Assembly: GCA_965655095.1 (NCBI GenBank)
Contig: OZ296655.1
Location: 39,494,001 to 39,558,000, forward strand
Length of the DNA stretch: 64,000 bases
Direction: 5' to 3'
From: Haplodiscus bocki
Taxonomy: Eukaryota
Numbering within the stretch: position 1 is the first letter of the stretch; every line of letters starts with the position of its first letter. The notes beneath the pieces are model-generated. The model was given only the letters and a program-made list of their open reading frames with translations, searched no databases and was not told the origin of the DNA. This document shows positions 38,054 to 51,072 of this stretch, in pieces. A program made the position numbers and the translations under genes.

Positions 38054-39431
38054 TCATCTTTCTGTTCCATTACTTCCGTTGTAGCAGGGTCTTCCGGAAG
38101 GAAAGGGTAAAAATAGGAAGCCTATCGGTAGGGTTGGCCTTGAGTAGGAAAGTTGCAGGGTGAGTGGGCTGGATTCGGCCTGTACATGCGAATCCAATCG
38201 CGGGTTTGTAGCTATCAAATAGGAAGATTGTTGCAAGCAAGTTGCCAAGGGGTTGGTATAGAAACAATGGGGTTGTCAACTCTAAAACTAATTGTTGTGT
38301 ATTATAGGATGCAACAACCCGGCCCGTCCTTCCGTAATTCAGTGCTCCAAAATTTTCAAAAGAAACCGGAGCATCCGAGTGGTTCGGACATTTCTTTTGT
38401 AAAAATTTCAAAAAAAATGATCCTCGAGTTGGGGAGGAAATCCCGTTGGGAATTGGGTTAAAGTTGTCTTCGAAAGTCGAATATGAGGAGTCCTTCTCAG
38501 AAGAGGTTAATAATAATGGTGGCCTGGGTTACGGCTGCGATAATAATTTTGTTGGAGATGGAGATTATGTCTTGTACTCTCGTGTACAATCTTCAAGGGT
38601 TGAGGACGTTTCTAAGGGAGAAGACGAATTGTGCGGGGTTCCTAGATCCACCAATTCTAGAAAGAGCTAATTTGGTCTAGAGAGCCTTTTATGGCCGAAA
38701 TTTGCAAAAAATGGTACTCAGCGCCCCAAAAAAGATGGCAGTTGAATTTCTGGGTGCTGCAATTACCGGCTTTAGTATTAACAACGCACAGGAAGGACGG
38801 GATTTCCTTCGGTTGTTTGGGTGCTGGGCTGCGGCTGAATTTTGCTCTGGTGTTCATGACTTGGATGCCCGGGGCGATTTCTTGGACATCGAGTAGAGCT
38901 TCGGGGAATCTCTTGTTGGTGTGGGGTTCTCTCACGCCAATTTCAAAAACTTCAGTCTTTGTGCCACTGTCTGGTAGGTGGATATTGGAACTGCACAAAC
39001 ATCTTTTTTGAGAAGTTCAGAGAAATAGCTTGAATCATCGAAACAGAAAGCAGATGTATTGGAATCAGAAAATAGGGGTCATCATCTGAGCTTTCATAGA
39101 CAATATAGTCGAAAATATGTGAAAGGAAGCAGGTAGGGAGACAGGAGAGAAGTTCATCCAGCAAAGAACCAAGGGAATTGAGAGGGTGGTCACAAAGAAG
39201 TTCGTAAGGACCGACTAAGGCCTTGGCGCCGAAACAAATCTGAATATTGGATTTGCGGTTGACGTCAGGTTTGAAAATTGTAAATGAGATCGAAGTAGCA
39301 CAAACTTGAACCCTGTCAGTGGCATAGTTCCAAATTGTTTTAGTGAGCAGTGCACATTAAAAGTTCAAACCATGCCCATCAGGAGGGACAGTCCAAATAC
39401 AGTTGGGAAAAATCTTTCTGCATGGAGGCAT
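38054..39431 (-). pseudogene. Long orphan ORF downstream of integrase (~450 codons, disrupted)
   Basis: MPPCRKIFPNCIWTVPPDGHGLNF*CALLTKTIWNYATDRV..LDELLSCLPTCFLSHIFDY.. continues through successive frameshifted fragments to ~38054. Confidence 0.45.
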
Positions 39432-39913
39432 TAAAACTTTAAAAAAAACAGAAAGGTAGCAAGAAGACTGGTGAACATTTTGAATATTGATTAGCGAGAT
39501 TAGTGAGAAAAACGCAGAAAGAATTGCTGAAACAAAACACTGATTGATCGTAATCAAAAATAAGTTAAAGAAGTGCTAAGTTTTAGTATTTTTGGCCTTG
39601 GCGTGTACATGTGCGTAGTACCGGTTCTGGGTCGGGGTGATCGGGATCAGAACGGTTATGTTTGGACTCTTTATTCCAAAAGTTACGAAGTTTTCGGATG
39701 AATTATTGGATGGGGCTCAGTGGATGATCAGGCGAGAAAGGTGCAGACATCTGTCGTGATGTGGAAGGAACAGCAGGCAATGGCCGAAAAGTAGTATAGG
39801 CAGTAGTCGATCGTTGAAGGCGAGAGAAGGTCTGACGAGCATTGACTCCTGAACCACTATTAGTTTTTATGGTTCTTTGTGTTGGAAGAACAGTTGAAGT
39901 TGAAGGTACGGCG

Positions 39914-41284
39914 CTATAGGGAAAAGCACCGATTCAGTTGCGGTTGGTTCGTCTCTGGTGTATATTTTTTTGATACGTTGTTCCATGAGTCGTTCATAAA
40001 AACCATTGTCACGTATTTTTGACAGGATGGCTTCTTCAATCGTCGCCGGCAGGAATAATTAAGTTGGTATCTAGTGTTCGTAAAACATTTAGTAATCAGG
40101 AATGGTCCCAGACAGCGTTGTCGGAGTTTTTGACTTTTGGATAGATCTTGCCGATGATTCTCGTATGAAACTTTTTGTCCAACGTTGAGATGATGGCCCA
40201 ATGTGCAGCGGTTAGGATAAGCGTGCAATCTAGCTGTCTGCTCCCAACTTTTCTTGAATGTAGCAGAATAGAGTAGCTTGCTATTTCGTTCTGTTTCTAG
40301 AAGGGTCTGAGATAACTGTGGACGGAGAAGGTTGTCTAAGAAACGATTCTTCATAATGTTATCGATGTGAGAGTGTGCAGGTGGGTCTTTGCAAAACTCC
40401 CAACAGCAAAATTTCTGCTTATTCCGGTAAAGGTCACGCTTTAGAAACATGGGTTTGTGTGGTTTCGCTCCAAAAACTACCTCATAAGTTCTTTTCCCAG
40501 TTGTGTTTTTCACACTAGTAATATGTTCAAAAACAAATACGGGTGCTGAGGAAGGCCAGTTAGTTCCAGCATTACTCAGAATTTTCGCCAGTATCTAGTG
40601 ATAAGTTCTGTGTCTCTACCTTGCCATTTGTCCGTGAGTGATGGACTGTTTGTGGTCTTAACGTAATTCCAAACTCTTCTGTCCAGTAAATGAAATCGGT
40701 ACTGATGAAAGCGGTGCCCCAATCGTGCATAGTAGACTGGTTTTCCCGAACGACTTTGTTCAATTTTCGATTGCAACAGTCCTGACTTGGGCACTAATAT
40801 TGGTAGCCGGGTGAACCATAAGAATTCCTGGGAAGACATGAATTACTATCAAGCAGTGAAGATAACCTTTAGTTGGGGGGTGGAGAGGCCCATCATGGTC
40901 AATATGCAACTTGCAAAACGTTATTGTGTCGTTCTGCCATTCTTCCAGTGGGAATTCCTATTTGTGTTTTGCTTTAGTTTTGTTATTTTAGCAAGTAATG
41001 GAATCAGCTGTGAGAGCGCAAAACCAGTCAGACCTTCCAGGCCAATCAAAAATTAATTAGCAGGTCCTTGTTTCTTCCACGTAGCCGCCCATTTGGTTGT
41101 AATGCCCAAAGCTGAAAAAAGTTAGATGTAGAGATAGGGGGAGAAATTGTCTAAAACTTTGGTCGTCCCGTTTATCGGGATGCGCAGTGTCGCAGAGTAT
41201 CTGTCCTTCAGTTTCAATCAGGGGTCTCTTCAGTTCTGTAGTATAAAATCCCTTTAGATTGTTCGGTTTTTGTTGATTTTGCAC
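39914..41284 (-). pseudogene. Element B integrase with GPY/F-like C-terminal motif
   Basis: GHYNQMGGYV (HHCC region), MHDWGTAFISTDF..WTEEFGITLRP..TNGKVETQN, TGKRTYEVVFG, LGPFLITK..TRYQL. Confidence 0.85.
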
Positions 41285-42049
41285 TTGGCGAAGTTTTTCA
41301 TCAAGGAACGTTCAGTGCCAATTACAGGGTCATTGGTCTCCTCAGCAGGGATTGTGGAGATATTCAGGTCTACCAATTTAGCAACTTCATCTAATTTGGC
41401 AATGAGTGCTTCCGTAATCAGGTGAGCAGCCTCGGTGTATGCGAGTGGCTTTTCAAAGGAGGAGGCGTAATGTTGCCTAGCAAGGAGTCGTGAGCTGTTT
41501 TTGCTAAATACAAGCAATAGTGATCAATGTTAGTGTCTATTCTGCATTTGTGGGCATGTTCCTGTTCCTCCTCATCATCTTCCGTCGGATCAGTTTGTAC
41601 AGAAACTGCGTTTAAGGCCACGCAGTCTGCTTTTTCGTTTTCCAAAGAATTGATGGAATTGTAAGTTGCGTCATAACTGTTCTTTAGAATCAGGTAATGG
41701 GATAAAGGAAAGCACAGGAGGAGGAATTGGTTGTTGGTTTTGCTCATGTGAAACCAATTTACAGCACCTTTGGCCAAAAAGTTGGGAATTCATTGCTGAT
41801 ACTGTTTAATGTATAGCTTTTGCTATCGTTTTGGAGTCCCAGAATTTCTTCTTCTCAGCCTTGACAGCGATGTAAAGGATAAAAATCATTGAAGGACTCG
41901 GTCGGGTTGTGCTCGTGTTGATTTTTGTATGTTACTGAATTTCCACGTGCTTCAAAAAAGTCAATATCCCTAGGTATCTTCTTGTGTTGCAAGTGGTGTT
42001 TTTGATTTTACTCTAGTGTTAAATTTCTACTCAAAATGTCAAGAAAGGC

Positions 42050-43450
42050 AAGATTAGAGCCAGAGGTGCAAAAGCAATTCAGTTTTTGGAGCTTGGTGTT
42101 GATAACCCGAATTCTAGAAAGCCGATGGGATAGTTTTCCGTTGCGCCCTTATAAGTAAAAATTGGTTCTGTGATGACAATTTAGACAAGTGGGGAATGGA
42201 AGTCCAAAGATATGAACTTCATTCGTATGCAGCGCAAAGACAATTCCGCACAATTCGCGGTAGATTCTAGACATTTTGCTTACTTTCATCGGAAACTCAA
42301 GAATTGGAGGATTTGATACTTTTTGCTTCTGGAAAACGTTGTAATAAGATACAACCTGTACCAACACTAGAAGATTCGACGAGAATATGGAACCAGTAAT
42401 CAGCGGACGGGACAGCAGGGAAGGTGTTTTCACTGATTCTGTCTTTGATCAACTTGAAACGATCCTCGTGCTCATTGTTCTATTAGGAGGACGTCGATCT
42501 TTTTTTCAAGTCTTGGATTTGTTGACTGTCTACATGACTTTTCTTGATAAAGCAGCTGTAGAAGCCAAGGCATCACAGGAGTTCCATGACATCTGGTTTA
42601 CACTCTTGTAATTTCCGATTCTTGAGTTCTTTAACTCGTTTTGCGATAGGTTGAACTCCGTCGGGAGGAATACCTAGTCCAATAAAGTTATTTTTTAGAA
42701 GAAATAATGTTTTATCGGGCCAGCTTTTAGCCCAGTTTTACGTAAAAATGTATAATACTCATTTATAATGCCGAACATCTGTTTTTAATTTTGCGCTTGC
42801 AACATTCTATCATCAATGTGTGTAGAAACCTGCTTCTTTTCGATAACGGGGTCGAATTGGATTGTCATCAGGTGGTTTAAAAAAGTTAGGGAGTTCACAT
42901 AGCCCATAGAATCCTCGAGTATATTATATTGCCGTCCACCAGAATTAAAACCAAAAAATTTTGAGTTTTAGAACTCAGAAGTACATGATGATAAGCACAA
43001 GAGAAATCACTGACAGAGAAGACTCTACCATTAACACGGGTCAAAATCATTTGAATTGGTTCAAGCGGCCCGGAGTAATTAATGGGGGCCGTTACCGAGT
43101 TGAGGTACCAGGCCTCAAAAAAGAGTTTCCCAAAGTCATTTTAGGCCTCAAAATATTGGGGTTAACAAAAAGTGATCCCATTCCGTCATTGTCGTCCATC
43201 TGTCGAATGTTATCAGCTTCTTTAAATTGTTTGAAAAAAAATTTCTATCAAATGCCAGCGTAATTTACTAGGTAATTGCCTCTTCAATTCAACGTTAGGT
43301 TTATAGGTAACATGGAAATTTTGCTTGGCGTTACCCACCTCAACTTTATATTGGGAAAAAACATCTTGGGAATCAAGCAGTACCTAAATAAGGAGCGTCA
43401 TCTCTTCATCTGTGATGTGTGAAAACTGAAAATCAAATTCTCTGATGAAG
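42050..43450 (-). pseudogene. pol: Element B RT + RNase H
   Basis: FNSGGRQY.., THIDD (YIDD) at ~42825-42811, and RNase H YRELCGIVFALHTNEVHIFGLPFPTCLNCHH. Confidence 0.85.
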
Positions 43451-43689
43451 TTTACTAACTCTTTCGATTGATAAAGTAAATAATGTTTTATATGCCGATT
43501 GTTGAGGTCCCTCTCAGGGAAGATACGTAGATGTTGGTCACTTGTTGGTTGTCAGAACTCCTAATTTTTCCTAAAATCCGTCTCGACGTCCTTGTCACCA
43601 AAAGAAATTTCTGCACTATATCGTTCGATTGCAACCGCAGCATAAAACTTGACGTCGCCATCTGAAGTCATCGCGTGAACTCTATGGCT

Positions 43690-44110
43690 CTCAAGATTGT
43701 ACACGACAACTTGAATTTCTGACTGACCAAAGACGTCGAGTAATAACTTCACAACTTCCTGCCAATTCACATGATCTAACTCACAAGCGATTGTAGGTAT
43801 GGCAATCGTTGACACACCATACATAGTTGCAAGAGACTTCTTAGCCTCGAGCGATATAGAAGCGTTGGCAGATCAGGTTTGTCAGAGATTTTTTTTTTGT
43901 TACAAGATTGCAGATATAATGTCTGCTAGTGCAGTCCCAGAAAAGAATCACTTGCCCTTTCGGAAGCTCTGCTTTTTTACAAGTTAGGCGAAGACCAAGA
44001 AGACAGTGAGATAGGATGTGAGCAAAACACTTACTCAATCGCGCAGAGGCCGAGGTACAATGTCCAATAGCGTTCGGCTGCTGGATAAAGCAGTTTTCAT
44101 TTCCGTGAAC
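43690..44110 (-). pseudogene. OARD1/TARG1-type macrodomain in element B pol, between protease and RT
   Basis: QPNAIGHCTSASARLSKCFA..YICNLVTKKK..YGVSTIAIPTIACELDHVNWQEVVKLLLDVFGQSEIQVVVY, vs TARG1 [41 protein letters not shown]. Confidence 0.88.
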
Positions 44111-44936
44111 GATTTGTAGGAATTCATCGCTGGATTGGGTAGCAATTGCTCAATGTTGAAGGAAACACTCAATATATCGTCCATCAAGGATTTACTACAA
44201 TTTATGCCTCCGAATTTCTCTTAAATTTTCTAAATTTTTCAGCCACTTTCTTCATTGTGTGAGTAGTAGTGAAATGCACTTCAAGAAACTTTTCATTCAT
44301 TTTCTCAATTGCTTCAATTGTAGAAAGAACATCTTCGAGTAAAATTTCAAGTGTATATCTGACCACTTTTTTTTCCGGTCGAAAATAATTGGGGACCATT
44401 TCGATACTTCTGTCCACTTAGTTTTTTCCTGTAACCGAATTTTTTAATGAGATTTTAACAATCCTAGTTTTACAGAGCGTTTAGGTCATCTTTTTTGACA
44501 GAACGAATAGCTTTTCTATCTTTTTTTGACTGTTGGGCCAATATGTTTTTAACTAAGCCAATAGACGGAAAAAAATTCATAATTAATTTCTACCTCATTG
44601 TTTGTTTCACTAGCCTTAGTAAGTATGTTTTTAGTTTCCTTCAATTGAATTTATGTATTTTTTTCGTACTTTTTTTGGATCTATGTACATAAAGCTAATA
44701 ATAGTCTTCTTTCCAGGTTTTCCTACAAACACTTTTATATCAACATAAAGTATAGTAAATTGCTGATGGCATTTGTTAACTCATAAGGACTCCTATTCTG
44801 ATATTTAGGTTCTTCGCGGTCGGAAGCATAAAAAAAACTCCAATTCTTTCTTTGGGAAGTGTACTCAGGTGGTTTTTGTTGTTTTCTATTAGTGTTTGGA
44901 GGCTTTCTTCCTATTGCGTGCGTAAGGTATTTTTAA

Positions 44937-45540
44937 TTAACGGGCCAGTTGAAACAACTTGGCGGTTGGGTTGAAATGTATAACCACGTGGGAAGTGAGT
45001 TTGAGAATCTTCGGGAGAATATTTCCAACATCGAGCACTTTTGACGTCAAAATACATAGTGTAGGGAATCCAAATGTTTCAGAATTGAGATAAATGGGGA
45101 GAACATTTGTTTTGGTGGAAACTTTTATAACAAAATGACCTAAGGGTTTCCGTGTTCTATTCCTGGCGAACCAGAGTGGATCCCAGTCACTGTTTATGAC
45201 AAAAATCCGGGGTAAATTTCCGGGGTAAATCCAAAAAAGGTAAATTTTGATTTTCAATTCAATAATCCAGACCGTTGGAGGGAACACAGAAGATCCATTT
45301 GGGTCATAACTGAGAGTTACGCTTCCAGAGCCGGCCACTGGAACGGCTTGTCACGACTAGGTTTTAGTTTTTTCAGTACTTTTCTGAGTTGTTATTGGGT
45401 GGTGTAGCTGGAAGACTTCTGAGAAAGTACGAAATTTATTAAGTGAGCAGGAAACTCCAGTGTCCAACATAATCTCAACTTCCAGTCAACTATCTTTTCG
45501 AACGTCTCAGGTGGCAAAATAAAAGATGTTAAAACTGAGT
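44937..45540 (-). pseudogene. Element B aspartic protease
   Basis: VEIMLDTGVSCSLNKFRTF at ~45480-45425. Confidence 0.8.
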
Positions 45541-45943
45541 CTGGAGTTGCTGGGTTGATCGGAATTACAGTTCGGACACCCTAGTAGTTTGAAGGACAAA
45601 GGTCCCAAAACGCGTTGATGCAATCGTCCTTTGTGATAAGGCGAAATATGTTAGCTAGTGGCTGATCTTTGGATTTTGGGAATTGTTGTTCAGAAAGGGT
45701 GAAAATGATCGTAGGTTGATTATCCGGTCGTGGAGAAACCGGGTTTTTACATTGGTTGGGCTCTGGTTTGACGAAATGAATTGTTTCGCGGAAAATCTTG
45801 TCTCTGGTCAGATGGAGATCGAAGGGAATTTGCACTACTTCGCCAGTTTCCTTTAGAATTGTTAAAGCTCCCATGTCTGGGCCAATCCTCATTGATCCTG
45901 TTAGTAAATAGGTCCTTTCGTTATTCCGAAAGTCGTCTCGGGC

Positions 45944-47152
45944 TCAGGTCATTAGGTTTGTAGGAAAGATATGCTCTAGATGAGTCTCGACGATTTTTAC
46001 ATTGTCAAGAACCATGGTTTGCTCCTCGTTTTTTGTTATAGGTTTTGGTAAGGGTGACTTTTTTTCGGAAGTTCTTCCAGTTTCTAAATTTTTCATTTCA
46101 TTATCTCGTATTTTCTTTCTACACCAGCTCGGGGTTTGGGGTGTGTCCACTCGTGGGGCAATAATTGAAAATCGAGTACCGTTCCATCTTCCTCTTTGGT
46201 TTGGATCAACTGGGAAATATTTTCCACAGCGTTGACTCGACAATCTTGTAAATCTATTCGAAGATCTTTCCTTTTTTTGCACAATTTGCCAAATTCAGCT
46301 TTAGTCTAATCTTCAACAATCAGAAAGTTTAAATATACTTGAAAAGATACATCCTTCTGAAATATACTGGTTGGAAAGTCATTCCAGGTGGCATTTGGGT
46401 GCTCCATTAGGTATTGCTGGGCCTTAGGTTGTAGAAATCTATGTCTCAATCCTCTAAAACTGTAATCCATGTACCTGTGTCTCCTTTGTCTTCCTTGTGT
46501 AGCTCGTTCTGCGTTTTGTTGAGCATACTCATTTCCATTCTTTTAATCAGGCCAGCCTTTGTCCAGTGTCTTTTTGATTCTGTAGAGAAAGTTCCGTACT
46601 TCTTCTCCATCTCCTCAAATACAATGTTCTATTTCTAGTCGGTGGCGGAATTGACTTCGTCGATCTGAGAACCTAGTAAAAAAGTTCGTTTGGCTATCGT
46701 CCCCTGGGATGGAAGCTTCGAGGTTGTTTCCATTTCAATTCAGCGGCGGCGGAGCATCTGAGTAAAGAGGAGATGAGGGCTTTTTTCAAAAATTTTATTT
46801 GGCTATGGCGTCGGAATTTGCTGGAGAATCTCCGAAGGCGAAGTTATGTTTTCGTTCTAAAAATTGTTTTGAATGATTCAGCATGTTGATCGGGACCAGT
46901 GCCAGAGAACTTGTCTAAGTCGCGGCCAGGGTAGGCTAGGTGAGTTACAGCCACAATGTTAGAGTCAAATTTGAAGCTTAGACATTCTGTTACCTCTTCC
47001 CGGATTGCAAGTTGATGAGCGTTTGAATGAGGCTGAAGAAAAGCTTTGTTTAAGTTAGGTGCGTCACATACAGATCTCAGCAAAAGGTGATTAGCATCTA
47101 TGTCTAGGTTTTTACCAATTTGTGAATCCAGATGTACTGTAAACCGAATCAT
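45944..47152 (-). pseudogene. gag: Element B gag
   Basis: LDKFSGTGPDQHAESF capsid-like start; degenerate knuckle ..TPSWCRKKIRD; position upstream of PR. Confidence 0.65.
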
Positions 47153-48159
47153 GAAATCTTAGTTGAAAGTCCACTTCAAACAAGTAATTATCACCGTTAG
47201 AGTTTCATCTTTAGGAGATATGATCCAAGGGCATTTTAACGGAACAAGTTTGCACACCTTTTCTGGTAGCTTTTCCCAGTCCCGTGGAGGGTTGTCTGGT
47301 TTTTGTTTTTGCGGCTTGTATTTGTGGTTAGCAGATTCTTATATAGTTTGTACCAGTTTGATAGTAGTAAGCGAACGGCTTGGTCACAAGATTAGCACTA
47401 ATGTGGCAAGGAGAAAAAAATTGAAGCTGAAAACCACGTCTTGCCTCATTAAGATCAAGCTATGAAAATGGGATGGTTAGCAGCGTTATTGTCAGATTGA
47501 GGACAGAGTGAAAATTAACAATCAGATTCTGAAGAAATTACAATTAAACATGAAGCTTCCTCATTAGGGGGTACCTGTTCCAGTTCTTGACAACGTCAGG
47601 GAAATTAATCCAGAAAAATATCATCTAGGCGTCGAATACCCTGCGTCTCTAATCGTTGTGGAGAAGACCGGGGCAGATATGGCAAAGGAACAAGCCCAAT
47701 TAATGAAAAAAGATGATTAAATAAATCACAAAGACGAGGAATATTAATTAAATCGGCATTCAGGCCCCCAAACTGCTTTTGAAAACGATTTTGTGTAGTT
47801 CAAAAACTGCCAGGAGTTAAAGAGGTATTAAGAAAAGAGTTATGACTGTTACTGTTACAGTGAACAAATAAAGCGCTACATATGTTTCGTCTTTGATTCC
47901 AATGAGTGTTTCAACAACCCAAAAAAACCGGGTGGAACTGCATCGTCGTTTGGAGTTGAACGTCAGTATCAAGCAAAGAAGGAATCCAATAGATACACAA
48001 TCTTTCGAATAAATGCAGGTTGACTGGAAAGAAGAACAAAAGGAACGGAAGAATGTGGATAACTTCAGCAAGAAAGTCAGATAAAGATTTCATACAACTA
48101 AAGCATCGAAGAAAACTGCACCGATTTATCCATATTAGTGGGAAAATTGCTCAAAAAAT

Positions 48160-48174
48160 GCCTCGCTGGTCGCA
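48160..48174 (-). other. Degenerate primer-binding site (tRNA-Arg-like TG(G)CGACCA...)
   Basis: Minus-strand TGCGACCAGCGAGG lies just inside the 5' LTR; one G is missing relative to TGGCGACC. Confidence 0.5.
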
Positions 48175-51072
48175 GTAGTTTCTAGCGGAAACTGAGGGTT
48201 CTTTTGATTGTTTACTATTGTTCTCGCTAGCTATTACCACTGAGCACTATATGTGCGGCTATACGTGTGCTATTTTGTGTAACAAAGTCTCAGAAGCATA
48301 CACTATTGTTATTTTTGTTTATTTACCTTGCTAAACTGCGCGAGGAAAATTGCGTAAGTTCCACTAGCAAGGATTTGGTGAGAACGGAAAAATACAGAAA
48401 GAGAGATAAACTATTTGATGAATATATGAAAAAAGCAGTCAACCTAGTAAATGCAAAGGTGCAAAACGTAAATTAAATTTGTGGATGGGTGAAATTGATA
48501 GGGAGAGATTTGAGAAATCGAATCTATTGACCTTCAACAGCTGTCCTCCAAAGTCTATCGTTCAAAATTGTAAAACAAAAGATCAAATGCGAATCTACTG
48601 CCAAATTTTCAAAAGCTTCTGTCTATTGTCAACTGTATTGTAGAACAACCAAGTTATCCTCCAAATTGAAGAAACAAAATAAAACCCACTGTATGTTTGT
48701 CCCGAAATAGAAGTTTTCAACAAAATATTCGCCTGTATCACGAAATCAGAAGTATTTAATTTATCGCAATGTCCAGAGTTATCAAAATTTTTTTGAGAAA
48801 GCTGAAATTTAAGGCAGCGCAGCATTTGATAAAACAAACATGAGGATTTAGATTAAATACCAAACTTAGCAAAAACTCGAATTACTTGCATAGGTTGAGT
48901 AACAGTAATCGTTACTATTGATTTACAATTCTTTCCAAAAAATGGCAATTTTTCAACAGATTCAAAGACTGGGTTGAGGTAATGTTTTATGTCTTTTTCC
49001 TTTTTGGCTAGGAGTAAAAGTTACATTCGTTGTGTCTAGCTCGGCTGTTGCCTTTTTGTTTCTTCTAGTTTTATTTTGAAGTTATATTCAATCAGTTCAG
49101 CTAAGATTGTCAATTTCCGTAAACCCCTACAGTTCAGGCCGTGACATAAGTCAAACGATGTTATGGCACGTGATATCACTTTTTATCCACGAGTTTGGTA
49201 ACATGTATAGAACAGTCGACCAAGTCAAGTCTCTTAGTGTCCTGTATCTGTCAAGCGTTAGTCCATTGACGAGGCGACTCGATGTACTTTAGTTTTCTTT
49301 TATGACTCAATACTTGAATAACAAAGTAACCGGGTGAAAGATCTTAGTTCCCCTTTTGTCCGTTACCATGACATAGTCTTCGGCTTTCTTGGAGAGTTTT
49401 AAATTGTTTTAGTTTTTAGTTTTTTTCCAAGAATCAATTTCATTCGTATTAAACGGTTATTGAGGTATTTTTCCTACTTTTTTTCTCAAACGCGGTACTT
49501 CTCCTGCAAATTTGTTTGGATGGGTTTATTTTTAAAAAATTCGGATAACCAGTAGAATGATAACTCACTGAGTTTCAAATGCAATAATCTGTTAGGAATT
49601 TTCAGCGAAGTTTACTCTACTAGTAATTAAAAGGAAAGACTCACTGATACCTTCATTGAAATTGAAGAATTGGGTTGAAGCTTGGGTGTTGATCGTTTTT
49701 ACTCGTTGAGAAGTAATGAGATGAAGGTTTAGGTAAAAGAGTTAAAGAAATGAGGAGGAAGTCGAAAAACGTTTCGCCTTTCGGAAATGAGCAGGTGAAT
49801 TGTAGCGAGCGAGTAAACATTATGGACGTGCATTAGGTTTTTTTACCCGTTTGATCAGGTATCGCTGCATTTTGGAATGAGAGCCAATAGGATCGCTTGG
49901 CGAGGAAATTGGGAAGAAGAAAATTGGTTCTGGAGATGAAATGTTTGCAGCTGAGATTTTTTCCTGATTGTCTCAAAATGTTTTTGTGGAAATAAGGAGG
50001 TTATCTGTCTTGGAAAATTTTCATCGACGAGTTTTTTGCTCTAGAAACATGATGAGGGGAAGTTGAAGAGATTTTCGCCTCGGGGAAGTATGGTAGTTAA
50101 CTGTAGAAAACGAATGAATATTGCGAAAGAGTACGGGGTATTTTCATTCGTTTTTTAGCACCATTGAGTAATCATTCAATAAGAGAGCGCCGCAGATAGC
50201 AATGTTTACAATAAGATCAATTAGTAGTTATAAAAAAGTGAAGACTGGCAAATTTTTTGAATTATTGAGGTTTTGCAGCTAGGTCATACTCATAATTGGA
50301 AGAAGTTCGATGATGATGACTTTGCGGCTAAGTCAACGTTTGACTCAAAAAAAGACTAAGAAGTGAGAGCAAAGAAAGGAGGACATTTTTAGGTTTTTAA
50401 AAGGAGAAGAAAGGAGAGGTAAGAGGGGAGAAGAGAAAAAGTTGTTTACGGTAAGCGAGTGAGTGAAATTATAATCGTTTCCGTTGTGCCAACTGACTGA
50501 CAAATCGCATCATGCTGATTTTTCATGCCACCATCATCATAACAGCGCATTTCGAGCATGTTAGACCGACTGACGGATAGGCTGATAGTAGGTTGTAGGC
50601 AAAATCGATATTTTAATTTTTATTTAGTTTTGTCATCAATTTTTGCAATTCCAATCGAGTAATCCCCTCAATTTCAACAGTCGCCATAATGAGGACAAAT
50701 AAATGTTCGTCAACATTTGGTATCAATTTTTTTCTTCTCCGCGGCCAAACAGTCCGATTTTTTCTTCTTCTCCATTTAACCAAGTGGACTTTTGCTGGGG
50801 GCCTTCATTTACAAATCGCTTGGTTTATCTCAATGATGGTGAAGTTTGGTTTGGTTATCATATTTTACTTCCTTCGTAATCTAGGTTAGCTCGTAAATCA
50901 AGTTTTAAAATCAAACAGACCAACTGCACTGATCTTTCTTTGTTCTTTTCTAAATTTTGTTAAATCTTGGGTTCATTTTGGGCTGAATTTTTTTGATGTT
51001 CGTTTCAATTTTCCGCTTTTACAAAACTATAAAACTGCGGCTTTGCGTAAGGTTTGAGCGATAGTCGTAACG
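48175..51072 (-). repeat. Element B 5' LTR
   Basis: Direct repeat of 29590-32479; similarity ends at CGTAACG (51072) and CGTGACG (32479). Confidence 0.9.

Larger units (their letters stand above)
29590..51072 (-). mobile_element. Element B: giant (~21.5 kb) env-bearing Ty3/Gypsy LTR element with accessory genes
   Basis: ~2.9 kb direct LTRs, a PBS-like site, gag, PR-macro-RT-RH-IN, two orphan ORFs, a gB-like env and a TRAF/MATH ORF, all on the minus strand and heavily decayed. Confidence 0.9.
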
